A stretch of DNA of 64,000 nucleotides from a virus (lineage: Duplodnaviria; Heunggongvirae; Uroviricota; Caudoviricetes). Location: the IMG/VR virus record IMGVR_UViG_2919367315_000003, positions 30,134 through 94,133 of that record; one strand, written 5' to 3'. The notes beneath the pieces are model-generated. The model made no database searches. It was not told where the DNA came from and worked only from the letters and a program-made list of their open reading frames with translations. Made by a program: the position numbers and the translations under genes. Below, piece after piece: positions 38,790 through 49,161 of the stretch; positions within the stretch are counted from its first letter, which is position 1; each line of letters begins with the position of its first letter.

Positions 38790-41700
38790 ATGTCATATCA
38801 AATATCCAACATAATGATTCCGCAACATAAAAGAAAGGAAATTAACGATAAAATAATTCATCTTATAGATAACAACTTAACTGCTAAACATGGTATAACA
38901 TCTCAGATAATCTATAACACATATACAGGCGATGGTGGTTTACATAGACTTTCCTTTAATGATTATGGTAATTTTCATTTATTTTCAGAAGCGAAAAAGG
39001 AATTAGAAAACGGGCAATTTTTTACGCCTCATCATGTATGTAATTTTATTATTGATTGTATTAAACCATCTAAACATGATTTGATAGCCGATCTGACCGC
39101 AGGTATAGGTAACTTCTTTAACTTTTTACCCAATCTTAGTAATGTCTATGCTAATGAAATAGATATTAAAGCTTATAAGGTTATGAAGTATCTATATCCA
39201 GCAATACATATATCAAAAGATGATATTAGAAATTATCACCCAGATATTTCCTTTGATTTAATTCTGGGGAATCCGCCTTTTAATCTTAAATGGACTGTAG
39301 AAAAAGACGAATATTTAAGTCAATTGTACTATTGTATCAAGGCTCATGAACTTTTAAAACCTGCTGGACTTCTTGGATTAATTGTTCCATGTTCCTTCTT
39401 ATCTGACAACTTTACTGACGGTGGAATGATCAAAGAATTGAATAATAGATACAATTTTGTTTATCAAGTTGCCATGCCTTCAGATGCTTTTAAGTCCGTT
39501 GGAGTTGATAACTTTAAGACAAAAATAATGTTTTTTCAAAAAAAGAGCGAACACATTGTAGAGGAAAATTCCTACCATACTGATTTCTATATAGCAGAAT
39601 TAAATTCAACAAGTAGTGACTATATATATAACAAATTCATTCAGCCTATCATATCTACTAAAGAAAAAATTAAACACAAACTATTCTTTGAACAAATTCA
39701 TAGTAATAATGAAGATAAAAACTTTAGTTTCAAAGTAACAAAATATTTGTTTGATATTAAGCGAAATCCTAAGATTAATTTGAATTATGCAAAGTGTGTT
39801 GATTACGTCAATAGATATTATGCACAAATTAGACCCAATGAAATGAAATTCGATGAATGGGAACAAGTTAGAATTACAAAAAGGAAAGTGTTATCGTATT
39901 TAAAGCGTGTTTTAAAAAATCAACATATCATAGAAAAGGATTCCATAAAACTAGTAAAAACTAACTACGGTTTAAAGCTAAAAGGATATTCGCATAAAAA
40001 CAAAATTTATCTATCTAAGTTTACGGAGACAAAAGAAGTATCTTTCAGTGACATGATTGTTAAAGGAGAATATCCTTTTGAAGACCAGTCATATAAAAAG
40101 TTTTTCGATAAAAAAGTAAGAGCATTTAATATGCAATCGAAGCAATTTAAGAATATAGAACTTGATGCAAAAATAACAACATTCTTAGATAATTTAGTTA
40201 TTGTTGACTATGAAAACGATGAAGAAATTAGGCTAAATCCAATTCAAAAAGAAGATACAAATAAGATATTACAGAAGCAATATGGATTTTTACAATGGGG
40301 GCAAGGTGCTGGGAAATCAGTCTCGGGAATTGCAAATTTGCTTTACAGACTAAAATACAAAAATGTTCGAAATGTATTTATTGTTAGTACTGCGATTGCC
40401 ATTAATAATACATGGCAAAGCATTTTAGAAGATTACAAAATCAGTTACATTCGAATTAACGAACTATCAGATATAAATAAAATCCAACAAGGCCAAATTG
40501 TTATAATAACTTTAAATATCTTATCAAAATATCAGAAGTTCATTAAGAAATATATTAAGATTCAATCTCAAAAAGTTGCTTTAATTTTAGATGAAGCTGA
40601 CAATATCTCAAATCCTAATTCTAAACGCACCAAAGCCGTTCTAAGCGTTTTTCGCAGAGTGAAGTATAAAACGCTTATGACTGGCACAATGACGCGTAAT
40701 ACAATTACTGAAGCTGCAACACAATTTGAATTACTTTACAATAATAGTATCAATATGTTGAGTGAGTCAGAATACATCTATAAGCCAGATAAAGACGATA
40801 AAACTAAACTTAATGAAACAAAAAACAAGTTATATTTAAAGCCTATACCTGCATATCATAAAGGCTACAAATTGTTTAATGAATCGCATATACCTGAGAA
40901 GATTACCGTTTTTGGGGTGGGTCAGCATACTCAAGATATTTTTAACAGTGAAGTGCTAAAAAGAATGATTGATAAAACGATCATTACACGTACTTTTGAA
41001 GAAGTAAGAGGACAGAAGATATATGAAATTTTCCAAAATACAAGCAGATTTTCGGCTAAAGAGAAAGATTTGTATAGAAAAGCAATTGAAGAATTTTATT
41101 CAATGAAACATCTCTTTAAAAGTACTGGCAATCTACGTAAAGACCGAATGATGGAAATACTAAACCAATTGATGTTGATGCTTAAAATTTGTGCAGTACC
41201 ACAAGCATATAAAGAATATTTGGGGGACACGCCAAACAAATTCAAAGTTATATTATCTATGCTTAATAAATGGAATAATGAATATGTTGCCATTGGCGTA
41301 CGACACATTAAAACAGTTAATGCTTACGTTGAAGCTATACGCGATAAATTCCCCAATAGGCCGCTTTTTGTGATTACAGGTGACAAAGTAAACCTAAACA
41401 AACGAAAAGAGATTGTGAACGAATTGCGGAAGTCCGGAAATGGAATTTTATTGAGTACACAACAAAGTTTAAGCAGTAGTATGAATATAGGATTTGTTAA
41501 CAAAGTGATTATACCAGAGTTGTCATGGAATGAGGCTACAATGTCTCAGTACTACTTTAGATTCGTTCGTTATAATAGTAAGAATTTGAAGGAAATTCAT
41601 TTTGTAACGTATGAGAACAGTATAGAAAGCAATTTACTAGGGTTGATCCTAACCAAAGAAAAGTTAAATCTCTTCATGAAAAATCAAGAGATTGATGATG

Positions 41701-41816
41701 ATGAGCTATATGAGAAATACGGTGTTCATTTTGATTTGCTGGATATGTTAATGACCAAAGAAAAAGATAAAGAAGGAAAAACCTATATTCGATGGGGAAG
41801 ACAAGATATTGTGTAA
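38790..41816 (+). CDS. N6-adenine DNA methyltransferase fused to an SNF2/SF2 helicase (DarB-like)
   Basis: GQFFTP (motif X), DLTAGIGNF (I), ILGNPPF (IV); WGQGAGKS, ILDEAD, LMTGT, helicase C-terminal motifs. Confidence 0.85.
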   Translation: MSYQISNIMIPQHKRKEINDKIIHLIDNNLTAKHGITSQIIYNTYTGDGGLHRLSFNDYGNFHLFSEAKKELENGQFFTPHHVCNFIIDCIKPSKHDLIADLTAGIGNFFNFLPNLSNVYANEIDIKAYKVMKYLYPAIHISKDDIRNYHPDISFDLILGNPPFNLKWTVEKDEYLSQLYYCIKAHELLKPAGLLGLIVPCSFLSDNFTDGGMIKELNNRYNFVYQVAMPSDAFKSVGVDNFKTKIMFFQKKSEHIVEENSYHTDFYIAELNSTSSDYIYNKFIQPIISTKEKIKHKLFFEQIHSNNEDKNFSFKVTKYLFDIKRNPKINLNYAKCVDYVNRYYAQIRPNEMKFDEWEQVRITKRKVLSYLKRVLKNQHIIEKDSIKLVKTNYGLKLKGYSHKNKIYLSKFTETKEVSFSDMIVKGEYPFEDQSYKKFFDKKVRAFNMQSKQFKNIELDAKITTFLDNLVIVDYENDEEIRLNPIQKEDTNKILQKQYGFLQWGQGAGKSVSGIANLLYRLKYKNVRNVFIVSTAIAINNTWQSILEDYKISYIRINELSDINKIQQGQIVIITLNILSKYQKFIKKYIKIQSQKVALILDEADNISNPNSKRTKAVLSVFRRVKYKTLMTGTMTRNTITEAATQFELLYNNSINMLSESEYIYKPDKDDKTKLNETKNKLYLKPIPAYHKGYKLFNESHIPEKITVFGVGQHTQDIFNSEVLKRMIDKTIITRTFEEVRGQKIYEIFQNTSRFSAKEKDLYRKAIEEFYSMKHLFKSTGNLRKDRMMEILNQLMLMLKICAVPQAYKEYLGDTPNKFKVILSMLNKWNNEYVAIGVRHIKTVNAYVEAIRDKFPNRPLFVITGDKVNLNKRKEIVNELRKSGNGILLSTQQSLSSSMNIGFVNKVIIPELSWNEATMSQYYFRFVRYNSKNLKEIHFVTYENSIESNLLGLILTKEKLNLFMKNQEIDDDELYEKYGVHFDLLDMLMTKEKDKEGKTYIRWGRQDIV

Positions 41817-41948
41817 AACTGATATTTTACCGGGACTTATAGAGGAATTATATGATAATCTGATATACAAAAATAATTAAACTATTGAATATAATGAAAT
41901 GCCGTGATATAATAAATACATAAGATAAATACATGGGAGGCGGTTATT

Positions 41949-42305
41949 ATGAAAACCATGATAGGACCATCGAATGTTCAGTATTTTCATTATTCAGGAA
42001 AAGTGTGGTTATCTGAAGGGTATAAAGAAAGACAAAGATTTAACGTTGCGGTATTACAAAACAATGAGCTTAAGGTTCTTGGGTATGTACCACAAGGTAA
42101 CCCCGAAGATGCAGTAATAAAAATATTAAAGTCTTATGGATGGTTCGATCACTATATTTCATATCTGTTAGCAGAAGAAGATGAAATAATAATGTGTACT
42201 GTTTGCAACCAGAACTATTATGAAGGCGATGTTAACATAGTTGATTACGAAGATGATATGTGTATTTTGTGCGAAGCAAAATATAAAGAAACAATAAATA
42301 AGTGA
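41949..42305 (+). CDS. Hypothetical protein with C-terminal CxxC...CxxC
   Basis: RBS GGGAGG; CTVC, CILC. Confidence 0.65.
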   Translation: MKTMIGPSNVQYFHYSGKVWLSEGYKERQRFNVAVLQNNELKVLGYVPQGNPEDAVIKILKSYGWFDHYISYLLAEEDEIIMCTVCNQNYYEGDVNIVDYEDDMCILCEAKYKETINK

Positions 42306-42367
42306 GGGGTTTCAGCCCCTCTACTTAAAATACTCATTTTATAAAGAATAGAAGGAGATGAGCTTAA

Positions 42368-42637
42368 ATGTTTACTATTTTGCTAGAAGTAAAGAGGAAT
42401 GATGACCAAAGAAAAACAAACGAATTTTATACTCCAGCAACACCAGAATTTAAACGGTTCCCAAGGACTAAAAAGGGTATCAATAGAGCTATGGAGGAAT
42501 TATTAAAGCTTGTCAATAATAAAAGCTGGGTTGCCGATTATCGTTTTGTGTTTTATCGGGGGAAATACCACCATTCGAAGTCTAATATGAAACCGTTGTT
42601 TGTAATCGGTGCTAACGGTGAGCACTTCTCTATATAA
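42368..42637 (+). CDS. Hypothetical protein
   Basis: RBS AAGGAG; flanked by junction motifs. Confidence 0.65.
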   Translation: MFTILLEVKRNDDQRKTNEFYTPATPEFKRFPRTKKGINRAMEELLKLVNNKSWVADYRFVFYRGKYHHSKSNMKPLFVIGANGEHFSI

Positions 42638-42672
42638 AAGAGTGATTTCATTCGGGCAAAGGAGGAAATGAA

Positions 42673-42867
42673 ATGCTATATGTAAACAAACGTTCAAAAA
42701 TGATTTGTGCAACGATCAAGGAAGTGAAATGTCCTGAAGACATCTTTGGGGTGGGAAAATCCCCTGTTACAGAAGGGATGATTAAATTTGAAATTGACAA
42801 CTTCTTAAAAGAGGATTTCAGAAGAGTAACCACCAAAGAATTCAAAGATAGCTTGAAATCCTTATAA
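42673..42867 (+). CDS. Hypothetical protein
   Basis: RBS AAGGAGG; flanked by junction motifs. Confidence 0.65.
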   Translation: MLYVNKRSKMICATIKEVKCPEDIFGVGKSPVTEGMIKFEIDNFLKEDFRRVTTKEFKDSLKSL

Positions 42868-42905
42868 AATTCTTGTTTTATAAACAAAGATATCAAAAGG
42901 AGAGA

Positions 42906-43140
42906 TTGAAATGAGTATCAAAATCTTGAAGTTAAATACATAAATGTTCCTGCATTCATACAGGAACAGATTAACGAAGAGTTCTGTATGGGATGGAAGA
43001 AATCGGAGAACTCTGACGCTATCCCAGTTAAATTCATTGGCAAAACCCATTACCATGGTATGGTAGATGGGTTTAAGTTGAAGGTCGATAACGGGTATGT
43101 ACACTTTGATTATTTATCAAGTTGCTACAGTTTGAAATAA
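42906..43140 (+). pseudogene. Frameshifted small gene (pseudogene or sequence error)
   Basis: RBS AAAGGAG then TTG-AAA-TGA, while the +1 frame 42910-43140 is open for 76 codons (NEYQNLEVKY...). Confidence 0.4.
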
Positions 43141-43247
43141 GGATTGATGAAATTGTATAATTATTCAACTTTAAAAGTATAGCACTCGCATTTAATGATA
43201 TTTTTATCCATAATACCGCATATTTATAAATAACTTATGATAGGAGA

Positions 43248-43481
43248 ATGAAAATAATGAAGATTGATAAATTGGTGAAACAAATTATTAAGAAACTTGA
43301 TTCTGAAGGATTGCATTATGAAGTGTCAGGCGATCAATATACATTCGTTATCTCTCCTACATGTACAATACATACTAATCATTGCACTATTGATGTATAT
43401 AAAAATCAAATAACCATCAATGAAAAATTAGTAGATGGCCTAGATGAAATGATTGATGAAATATTGGCGGTAGAGCAATAA
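43248..43481 (+). CDS. Hypothetical protein
   Basis: RBS AGGAG; ORF track. Confidence 0.6.
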   Translation: MKIMKIDKLVKQIIKKLDSEGLHYEVSGDQYTFVISPTCTIHTNHCTIDVYKNQITINEKLVDGLDEMIDEILAVEQ

Positions 43482-43566
43482 GGAGGAGATAAGAAGCATA
43501 TGTACAAGGATGGGTATTGCATTATTGAAAACTTAGAGAGTTGCCAAAATAACGGAGGTATAACAA

Positions 43567-43773
43567 ATGACATATATAGATTGTGAATATAAAGGTTCGA
43601 TTGCTAATCAGGCTGTAATGTCCATAACAAGAAAGGAGAATATGTTATATAGAAAATCAATGTGCGATGGAGCTATTAAATACCATAAAGAAAATAATAA
43701 TAATGGACAAGTAAAATTTTTTGAAGACGAAATGAAACTGATCAATAGAAGGCTGAAGTACTTGGAAAATTGA
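43567..43773 (+). CDS. Hypothetical protein
   Basis: RBS GGAGG. Confidence 0.6.
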   Translation: MTYIDCEYKGSIANQAVMSITRKENMLYRKSMCDGAIKYHKENNNNGQVKFFEDEMKLINRRLKYLEN

Positions 43774-43849
43774 TTATAAAATGCTTATTTGATTATGAGT
43801 TAATGCATGATAAAATTAAATCAAAGTAGTTCACAGGAGGTGCTTACAA

Positions 43850-44053
43850 ATGAAAAGTAAGATAATGGCACAATTTTTGGTTGCTGGAGACGTGATAATT
43901 AAGGATAGAAAAAGATACATAATCTCCAATGCAAAGACAATAGGAGATCGCACAAGTATACTTTACAGCGGACTAAAAGATCAAAAGCTACATAGTATTA
44001 AACAGGCTCCAAAAAGTGAATTTTTTACAGTTGTTAACGATGGAAGATTTTAA
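43850..44053 (+). CDS. Hypothetical protein (SH3-like beta pattern)
   Basis: RBS AGGAGG; LVAGDVII motif. Confidence 0.6.
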   Translation: MKSKIMAQFLVAGDVIIKDRKRYIISNAKTIGDRTSILYSGLKDQKLHSIKQAPKSEFFTVVNDGRF

Positions 44054-44147
44054 AAAAGCTATACATTATAGTCTCATTCTAAGCTATAATATATAGCTTT
44101 AGCATTCTTTCAAAGGCAGTCTTTCATAGGGAAATGAGGTGTGTTTC

Positions 44148-44285
44148 ATGGGTCCATTTTATGTTGAATGTTCTGGTTGTGGTATGAAAATTGATTTGCA
44201 TACAGGCAAAGAAAATGAAGATTACACAATTGAAGAACATGATGGAGAAGAATGTTTCTTCTGTAAAGATTGCAATACAAAATAA
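44148..44285 (+). CDS. Small Zn-ribbon protein (45 aa)
   Basis: Translated by hand: CSGC...CKDC; RBS GAGGTG. Confidence 0.55.
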   Translation: MGPFYVECSGCGMKIDLHTGKENEDYTIEEHDGEECFFCKDCNTK

Positions 44286-44435
44286 AATTTCAAAAAATGA
44301 AGGAAAAATATAATAAACCTATCTTCAATTCAAGACTTCTTTTTGTGAAGTCTTTTTTTGTTTTGATAAAACCAGTCTTTTACATAGATTTTACATCATA
44401 TTGAACCATATGTTATAATTAGGAAAAAGGCATAG

Positions 44436-44633
44436 GTGAATTATATGAGATTGAAAACAAGAGATTGGTTTGCTTTGTTGGCGAGTAGTTTATTTCTTGG
44501 ATATGCTATTTATTCTTTTCAAAATCCTAATACTAGTTCGGAGAACGTTGCTAATATAGCAACTACTGTTATGCAAAAATTTACTGGAATTGTTGCGACT
44601 GCGGCAAATGCAATACATATAATAATCAATTAA
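44436..44633 (+). CDS. Small membrane protein
   Basis: N-terminal TM helix; terminator-like sequence follows. Confidence 0.55.
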   Translation: MNYMRLKTRDWFALLASSLFLGYAIYSFQNPNTSSENVANIATTVMQKFTGIVATAANAIHIIIN

Positions 44634-44716
44634 GCAGCCTTTAAAGGCTGTTTTTATTTTGCTTTTTATGATCAGATGATATTATATATTCAAATACGTA
44701 TAAGGGGGATCAGTGC

Positions 44717-45157
44717 TTGCCTACACCTACTCAAAAGAAGTTCAATAAAAGTATGGCTAAGATCGAAAAGAACTCGCGTAAAAATGGTTCTGAAAAGGTA
44801 TACAGTTACATCCAAGATAGGTACATAAGTGATTACTACGATAGAGAACCGAAAGCGAAGACTAGAGTGAAAAAGCTTCAAACATTTAAGTACATGACCA
44901 TTGCCACAATAGCGGTTTTCTTTTTCATTTGTTTTGTGTTTGCCCCATTCAATAGATTTGCTGCGATACCTTTTACAACAATGGTTAGTGCTGTGCCCTT
45001 GTTATTATTAGGGATAATTCATCCCAGTTTAGCATTTATGGACGGTAGGTCAAGAATTACTGTCATTTGGGTCTACGTTTTAATTTTTATAGTATCTTTT
45101 ATTGTTGCTGGTCTTATGCTTGGAGTTGAGGTACCAGCACATAGTGTACAAAATTAA
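44717..45157 (+). CDS. Membrane protein (three TM segments)
   Basis: Basic N-terminus, hydrophobic C-terminus; RBS AAGGGG. Confidence 0.6.
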   Translation: MPTPTQKKFNKSMAKIEKNSRKNGSEKVYSYIQDRYISDYYDREPKAKTRVKKLQTFKYMTIATIAVFFFICFVFAPFNRFAAIPFTTMVSAVPLLLLGIIHPSLAFMDGRSRITVIWVYVLIFIVSFIVAGLMLGVEVPAHSVQN

Positions 45158-45367
45158 CAACATCCTTCTAAGGCTATTCAATTATAATAAAATGTTACTT
45201 TTACTAATAAGAAGCGCTGAGACAATATCTCAAGCGCTTTTTTAATTAGCGACTTATATTTTTTGTGTTTAACAAATAAAAATAATGAAATGTATTGACT
45301 TCATTGAAATGGAATGTTATAGTAAGTCCAAGAAAACATTAAAATAAATTTTAACTGAGGTGAATAC

Positions 45368-45544
45368 ATGACGTTAAGAGAAAGAACGCTTAAGTTAATA
45401 ATAGAAAGAGGAATAAATAAATCATTTATTACTAGTAAATTATCAATAAGTAATTCTTTATTCTCACTATTTATTAACGATAAGCAGCCATTACAAAAGC
45501 CTGAAATAATGAAACTTGAAAAATTGATTGAATCTTATATATAA
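45368..45544 (+). CDS. Small XRE-like HTH protein (58 aa)
   Basis: Translated by hand: MTLRERTLKLIIERGINKSFITSKLSISNSLFSLFIN; RBS GAGGTG; TTGACT promoter upstream. Confidence 0.55.
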   Translation: MTLRERTLKLIIERGINKSFITSKLSISNSLFSLFINDKQPLQKPEIMKLEKLIESYI

Positions 45545-45567
45545 ATGAAAATTGGAGGAGAATAAAT

Positions 45568-46626
45568 ATGGGAGCTTTGCTGAAGATAGATAACTTTGTT
45601 GAGGATAAGAATGTAAGAGATCAATACATAGATAGAACTGAAGTGCTTGAAAAAGTGAAATCCCTTTCTATGTTGCCTGACAAGAAACATATGACTGTTA
45701 GAGCAGTTGCAGATTTTTATGAGGTAGAATACGCCGTAATAGGTAATATGCTTACCAGATACAAAAAAGAGTTTCAAACAGACGGTGTTCATACTTTAAC
45801 AAGTAAGGATGAGGCTTTTAACAAGTTGACAAAAGCCTTGCCCAGCAAGCAATTTGTAGTGAAGTTACTTCCTAAAAGAGCGGTATTGCGAATAGGAATG
45901 CTATTAAGAGACAGCGAGGTAGCAGTCAAGGTAAGAGACTATCTCTTGAAAGTTGAAGAAACATCTACTATAGATCAAAAGAGAGGCGTTTGGACAGATG
46001 CCGATTTGATAACACTTAACGAGATAATGAAAGACGAAACTAATAAGGGGAATAGTAAATGGGGTGCTATTAGAAAGGCAGCCAAAGTCATTAAAAAGAA
46101 TCCTCATGCAATTTATCAGAAGTATAAAAACGTCAATAAGAAACATGGAACATTAGAAAAATATATTGAGGGAAATAATCTGATCTATTTGAATAAGCAA
46201 TCCAAGGAAGCTCAAGAAGAAATATCGTTAGTGACTAAATCAACAGCGCATGAAGAGCAGCAACACAATATAGTAGTAGGAACTTTTCAAACAAAGATGA
46301 ATAAAATGCTTAATGATATGAAAAATATAAGTGATTTGGAATCAACTATCCATGATTTAAAACTAGAAGTCAGAGATCTAAAACATCAATTAGAAATAAA
46401 AGAAATGGAATTATCAGCTAATACTGAAAGCATTACTAAGAAAGATAAGATGATTAGTAAGTACAAGAAAGAAAAGTTAACCTTAGAAGCAAGTATAAAA
46501 GCAATTCGAAAAATAGTTTTAAATGGTGTAAAAGTAAACAGTAGTGAGGTACAAGATACATTAGAATCAGAAGCTTCAGGTCGTAAGTTTACACAGGATA
46601 AGAGTGGACTAATACAACTAAAATAG
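45568..46626 (+). CDS. Phage DNA-binding protein: antirepressor-like N-terminus, Myb/RsfA-like middle, coiled coil
   Basis: TVRAVADFYEV...RIGMLLRDSEVA; WTDADLITL...AAKVIKKNPHAIYQKY; heptad-rich C-terminus. Confidence 0.5.
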   Translation: MGALLKIDNFVEDKNVRDQYIDRTEVLEKVKSLSMLPDKKHMTVRAVADFYEVEYAVIGNMLTRYKKEFQTDGVHTLTSKDEAFNKLTKALPSKQFVVKLLPKRAVLRIGMLLRDSEVAVKVRDYLLKVEETSTIDQKRGVWTDADLITLNEIMKDETNKGNSKWGAIRKAAKVIKKNPHAIYQKYKNVNKKHGTLEKYIEGNNLIYLNKQSKEAQEEISLVTKSTAHEEQQHNIVVGTFQTKMNKMLNDMKNISDLESTIHDLKLEVRDLKHQLEIKEMELSANTESITKKDKMISKYKKEKLTLEASIKAIRKIVLNGVKVNSSEVQDTLESEASGRKFTQDKSGLIQLK

Positions 46627-46811
46627 CTATTGAGAACTGAGTCTGTTAAAAGGCTCAGTTTTTTGATTAGTTTAATAATTAAATATAATGAATATTGATT
46701 ATAAAATAAAAGTGTGGTATAATTACATTATCGAAAGAGCAACAATGTATTGGATCAGGCAACACTGTATTGTAAAACAACGATTTCATTCAGAATAGGA
46801 GAAGGTTATTC

Positions 46812-47072
46812 ATGAACAATTTTGAGCGTATTGAATTTCACAACACACCATTTAATTCGGTGAGAGTTTATCTGTATTTCGATGAAGATAAAGATATTAG
46901 TAGCAAAACCGTTCGGTCAAGTAAAGAATTTAATCTCTTCCAAGCACTTTCTATTTGGGGAGGATACGATAAAGTTGAGTTTGGATTTTATTCGTGGGAA
47001 TTGTCCAAAAGCCTTGTTCCGTATTTTAAAGAGATGTTTGGTCATCGCAATGATAGTGTTTTAAAGATTTGA
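46812..47072 (+). CDS. Hypothetical protein
   Basis: RBS AGGAG; flanked by junction motifs. Confidence 0.65.
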   Translation: MNNFERIEFHNTPFNSVRVYLYFDEDKDISSKTVRSSKEFNLFQALSIWGGYDKVEFGFYSWELSKSLVPYFKEMFGHRNDSVLKI

Positions 47073-47107
47073 TAAAAACAGTATTTCATAAAGAGGTGAG
47101 TTAGCAA

Positions 47108-47401
47108 ATGATTACAAGAAAAGATATTGAGAAATTGCAATCCGTTGTAAATCAAGAAGCTTATACAGTTGGACAAACAAACAATGACCGAACTAGAGCT
47201 GTATTTGATGAAGCTATTGAGAAGCTAATTGCTACAGAGAAAGCATACAACAAACAAAGAAAAACCAAAGAAGTAGAATATACGATAGGTGTCAGACCAA
47301 TTGGTACATACAATGGGAAGGTGACTGTTTGGGAAGACGCAACTGATAAAGAAATTGAAGCGGCTATACTAGATGATTGTGAATACTATATGACTTATTA
47401 G
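47108..47401 (+). CDS. Hypothetical protein
   Basis: RBS GAGGTG. Confidence 0.65.
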   Translation: MITRKDIEKLQSVVNQEAYTVGQTNNDRTRAVFDEAIEKLIATEKAYNKQRKTKEVEYTIGVRPIGTYNGKVTVWEDATDKEIEAAILDDCEYYMTY

Positions 47402-47466
47402 TTTGCTTTATATAAATTGATATGTTGTTAAAAGCAGGATTTTATCAGAAAGAGGAGGGGGAGACC

Positions 47467-47697
47467 ATGAAGGAGCATACAGGCAAGGTTGTAAGATTTT
47501 CTAGTAACAATGGAAATGAGTTTCGAATGGGTGATCTTGCTATATGCATGAATGGAGAGTCTGGACTTTTTCTAGGTCTTAGTGGAGACAATTTTATGCG
47601 TATGTGGTATGAGTCAGGCAAATACAAAGTGATGCCAACACTTAAGCCAGAAATTGAACAACTTTTGTCAGAAGCTCGTTGTAAGTACTTTGAGTAA
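47467..47697 (+). CDS. Hypothetical protein (start moved to ATG 47467)
   Basis: RBS GAGGAGGG; junction motif at 47429 lies upstream. Confidence 0.6.
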   Translation: MKEHTGKVVRFSSNNGNEFRMGDLAICMNGESGLFLGLSGDNFMRMWYESGKYKVMPTLKPEIEQLLSEARCKYFE

Positions 47698-47741
47698 AGC
47701 ACGAATTTATTAAAGCATTTTTATGAGAGAGGAGCTATGTA

Positions 47742-48110
47742 TTGATGATTGAGGTTTTAACTCATAGTGAAAAACAAATTGTTCTTTATTCTAAAGGACA
47801 TTTCCAAAAAACAGATATGTTTGAGGATATCAGACAAATCACAGCAAAAGCGTTTTCTATTCCAGTTGAATCAACTCACTTTTATCATCTGTATAATTAT
47901 ATTACATCAATCTTTTTGAAATTACATGAAGCGGAATACATAACGGAAAGCATGGAGAACTTTTTGTGCAGCCTCTTTAAGTGGAAATCTGTTTTAAAGC
48001 CTGAAGACATGGTAACTAAAATGATTGGACAGATATCTATAGTCAAGGCTTCAGGATTAAATCTTGGCGAGGCAGATGATGAGTATTTACCGACAAAAAG
48101 AAGAAGTTAA
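47742..48110 (+). CDS. Hypothetical protein
   Basis: RBS GAGGAG. Confidence 0.6.
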   Translation: MMIEVLTHSEKQIVLYSKGHFQKTDMFEDIRQITAKAFSIPVESTHFYHLYNYITSIFLKLHEAEYITESMENFLCSLFKWKSVLKPEDMVTKMIGQISIVKASGLNLGEADDEYLPTKRRS

Positions 48111-48155
48111 GTTTGAAATAAAACAGTTATTTTTCCTGAAAGGAGTGTATGTGGT

Positions 48156-48344
48156 GTGACGTATATCGAGGAGTTAGATGAAATCTGGGACAAAGCATTA
48201 AAGGAGAATCCATGTCCATGCCAGAATGATGATAAGTGGGAGCAGGAAACTTCAGGACGTATAAAATGTTCTAGATGCGAACAAACAGTAACTGAGAGTA
48301 AAACACGAACACTTCAAAGAGAGATCAAAAGAATCAGAGGTTAA
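48156..48344 (+). CDS. Small Cys-containing (Zn-ribbon-like) protein
   Basis: CPC...CSRC; RBS AAAGGAG. Confidence 0.55.
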   Translation: MTYIEELDEIWDKALKENPCPCQNDDKWEQETSGRIKCSRCEQTVTESKTRTLQREIKRIRG

Positions 48345-48365
48345 CTAAGAATAAATATTGAAAGG

Positions 48366-48656
48366 TTGATAATGATGAATTTGAATAAAACATTGATACA
48401 TATGGGATACGGTATTGATTCTTTAGACTATAAAAACATTGAGAGTGAAAAACAAGAATTAATGATGGATATTGCAATTGAGCTAGCCACAACACTTTGG
48501 AAGTCAAATAAATTAGATAAATTTGATCTGATCTCTTTTATTGATAATACTGTTGATGAGTTTATAGATGCCTTATATCGCGAATTCGAAGTTAATCCCG
48601 ATGTATCAAGAACAGAATTTATTTATGTTTGGTATCAAGATAAAATTCATAAATGA
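48366..48656 (+). CDS. Hypothetical protein
   Basis: ORF track; operon orientation. Confidence 0.6.
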   Translation: MIMMNLNKTLIHMGYGIDSLDYKNIESEKQELMMDIAIELATTLWKSNKLDKFDLISFIDNTVDEFIDALYREFEVNPDVSRTEFIYVWYQDKIHK

Positions 48657-48719
48657 AAATAGGTAGTCCCTACGGGAATAAAAACGGACTTTTATCAATA
48701 CATAAAAAGGGGCAGTAAA

Positions 48720-48905
48720 TTGAGTCAATCTAAAGTGAAAACAATCCGTCCTACAGTAGTGCATCTGGATACCGAAGGGTATTACAGGTTCGTCGAATAT
48801 GCTTCCAGTACAGAGAAAACTAAAAGTGTGGGAATGGATCGTATGCGCGAAATGATGCAGCAGCACAAATCTTTAAAATTCAATGGGAGTAGAGTAAATA
48901 AATGA
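48720..48905 (+). CDS. Hypothetical protein
   Basis: RBS AAGGGG. Confidence 0.6.
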   Translation: MSQSKVKTIRPTVVHLDTEGYYRFVEYASSTEKTKSVGMDRMREMMQQHKSLKFNGSRVNK

Positions 48906-49105
48906 GCAATATAATTATACTGACAATGCAAATGAGTGGAGTAAGGGCGTTCTATGAATTTAATTGCTTCGATGATTTTGAGAGCGAGTATGAATATCTT
49001 AGTAATAACACTTACCTTCAAGGGGCTGTTTTAAAGGGTAAGCTGTGGGACGAAAGTAAAAGATGGGAGAAGTTAAAAGAAAAAATAAAAAGAATGCGTT
49101 GGTAA
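48902..49105 (+). CDS. Hypothetical protein
   Basis: ATGA overlap with the previous gene. Confidence 0.6.
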   Translation: MSNIIILTMQMSGVRAFYEFNCFDDFESEYEYLSNNTYLQGAVLKGKLWDESKRWEKLKEKIKRMRW

Positions 49106-49161
49106 ATGATAGTAAAAGTTGAATTTTACAATGTAAAAAACACATAAGGAGTGGCATATTT

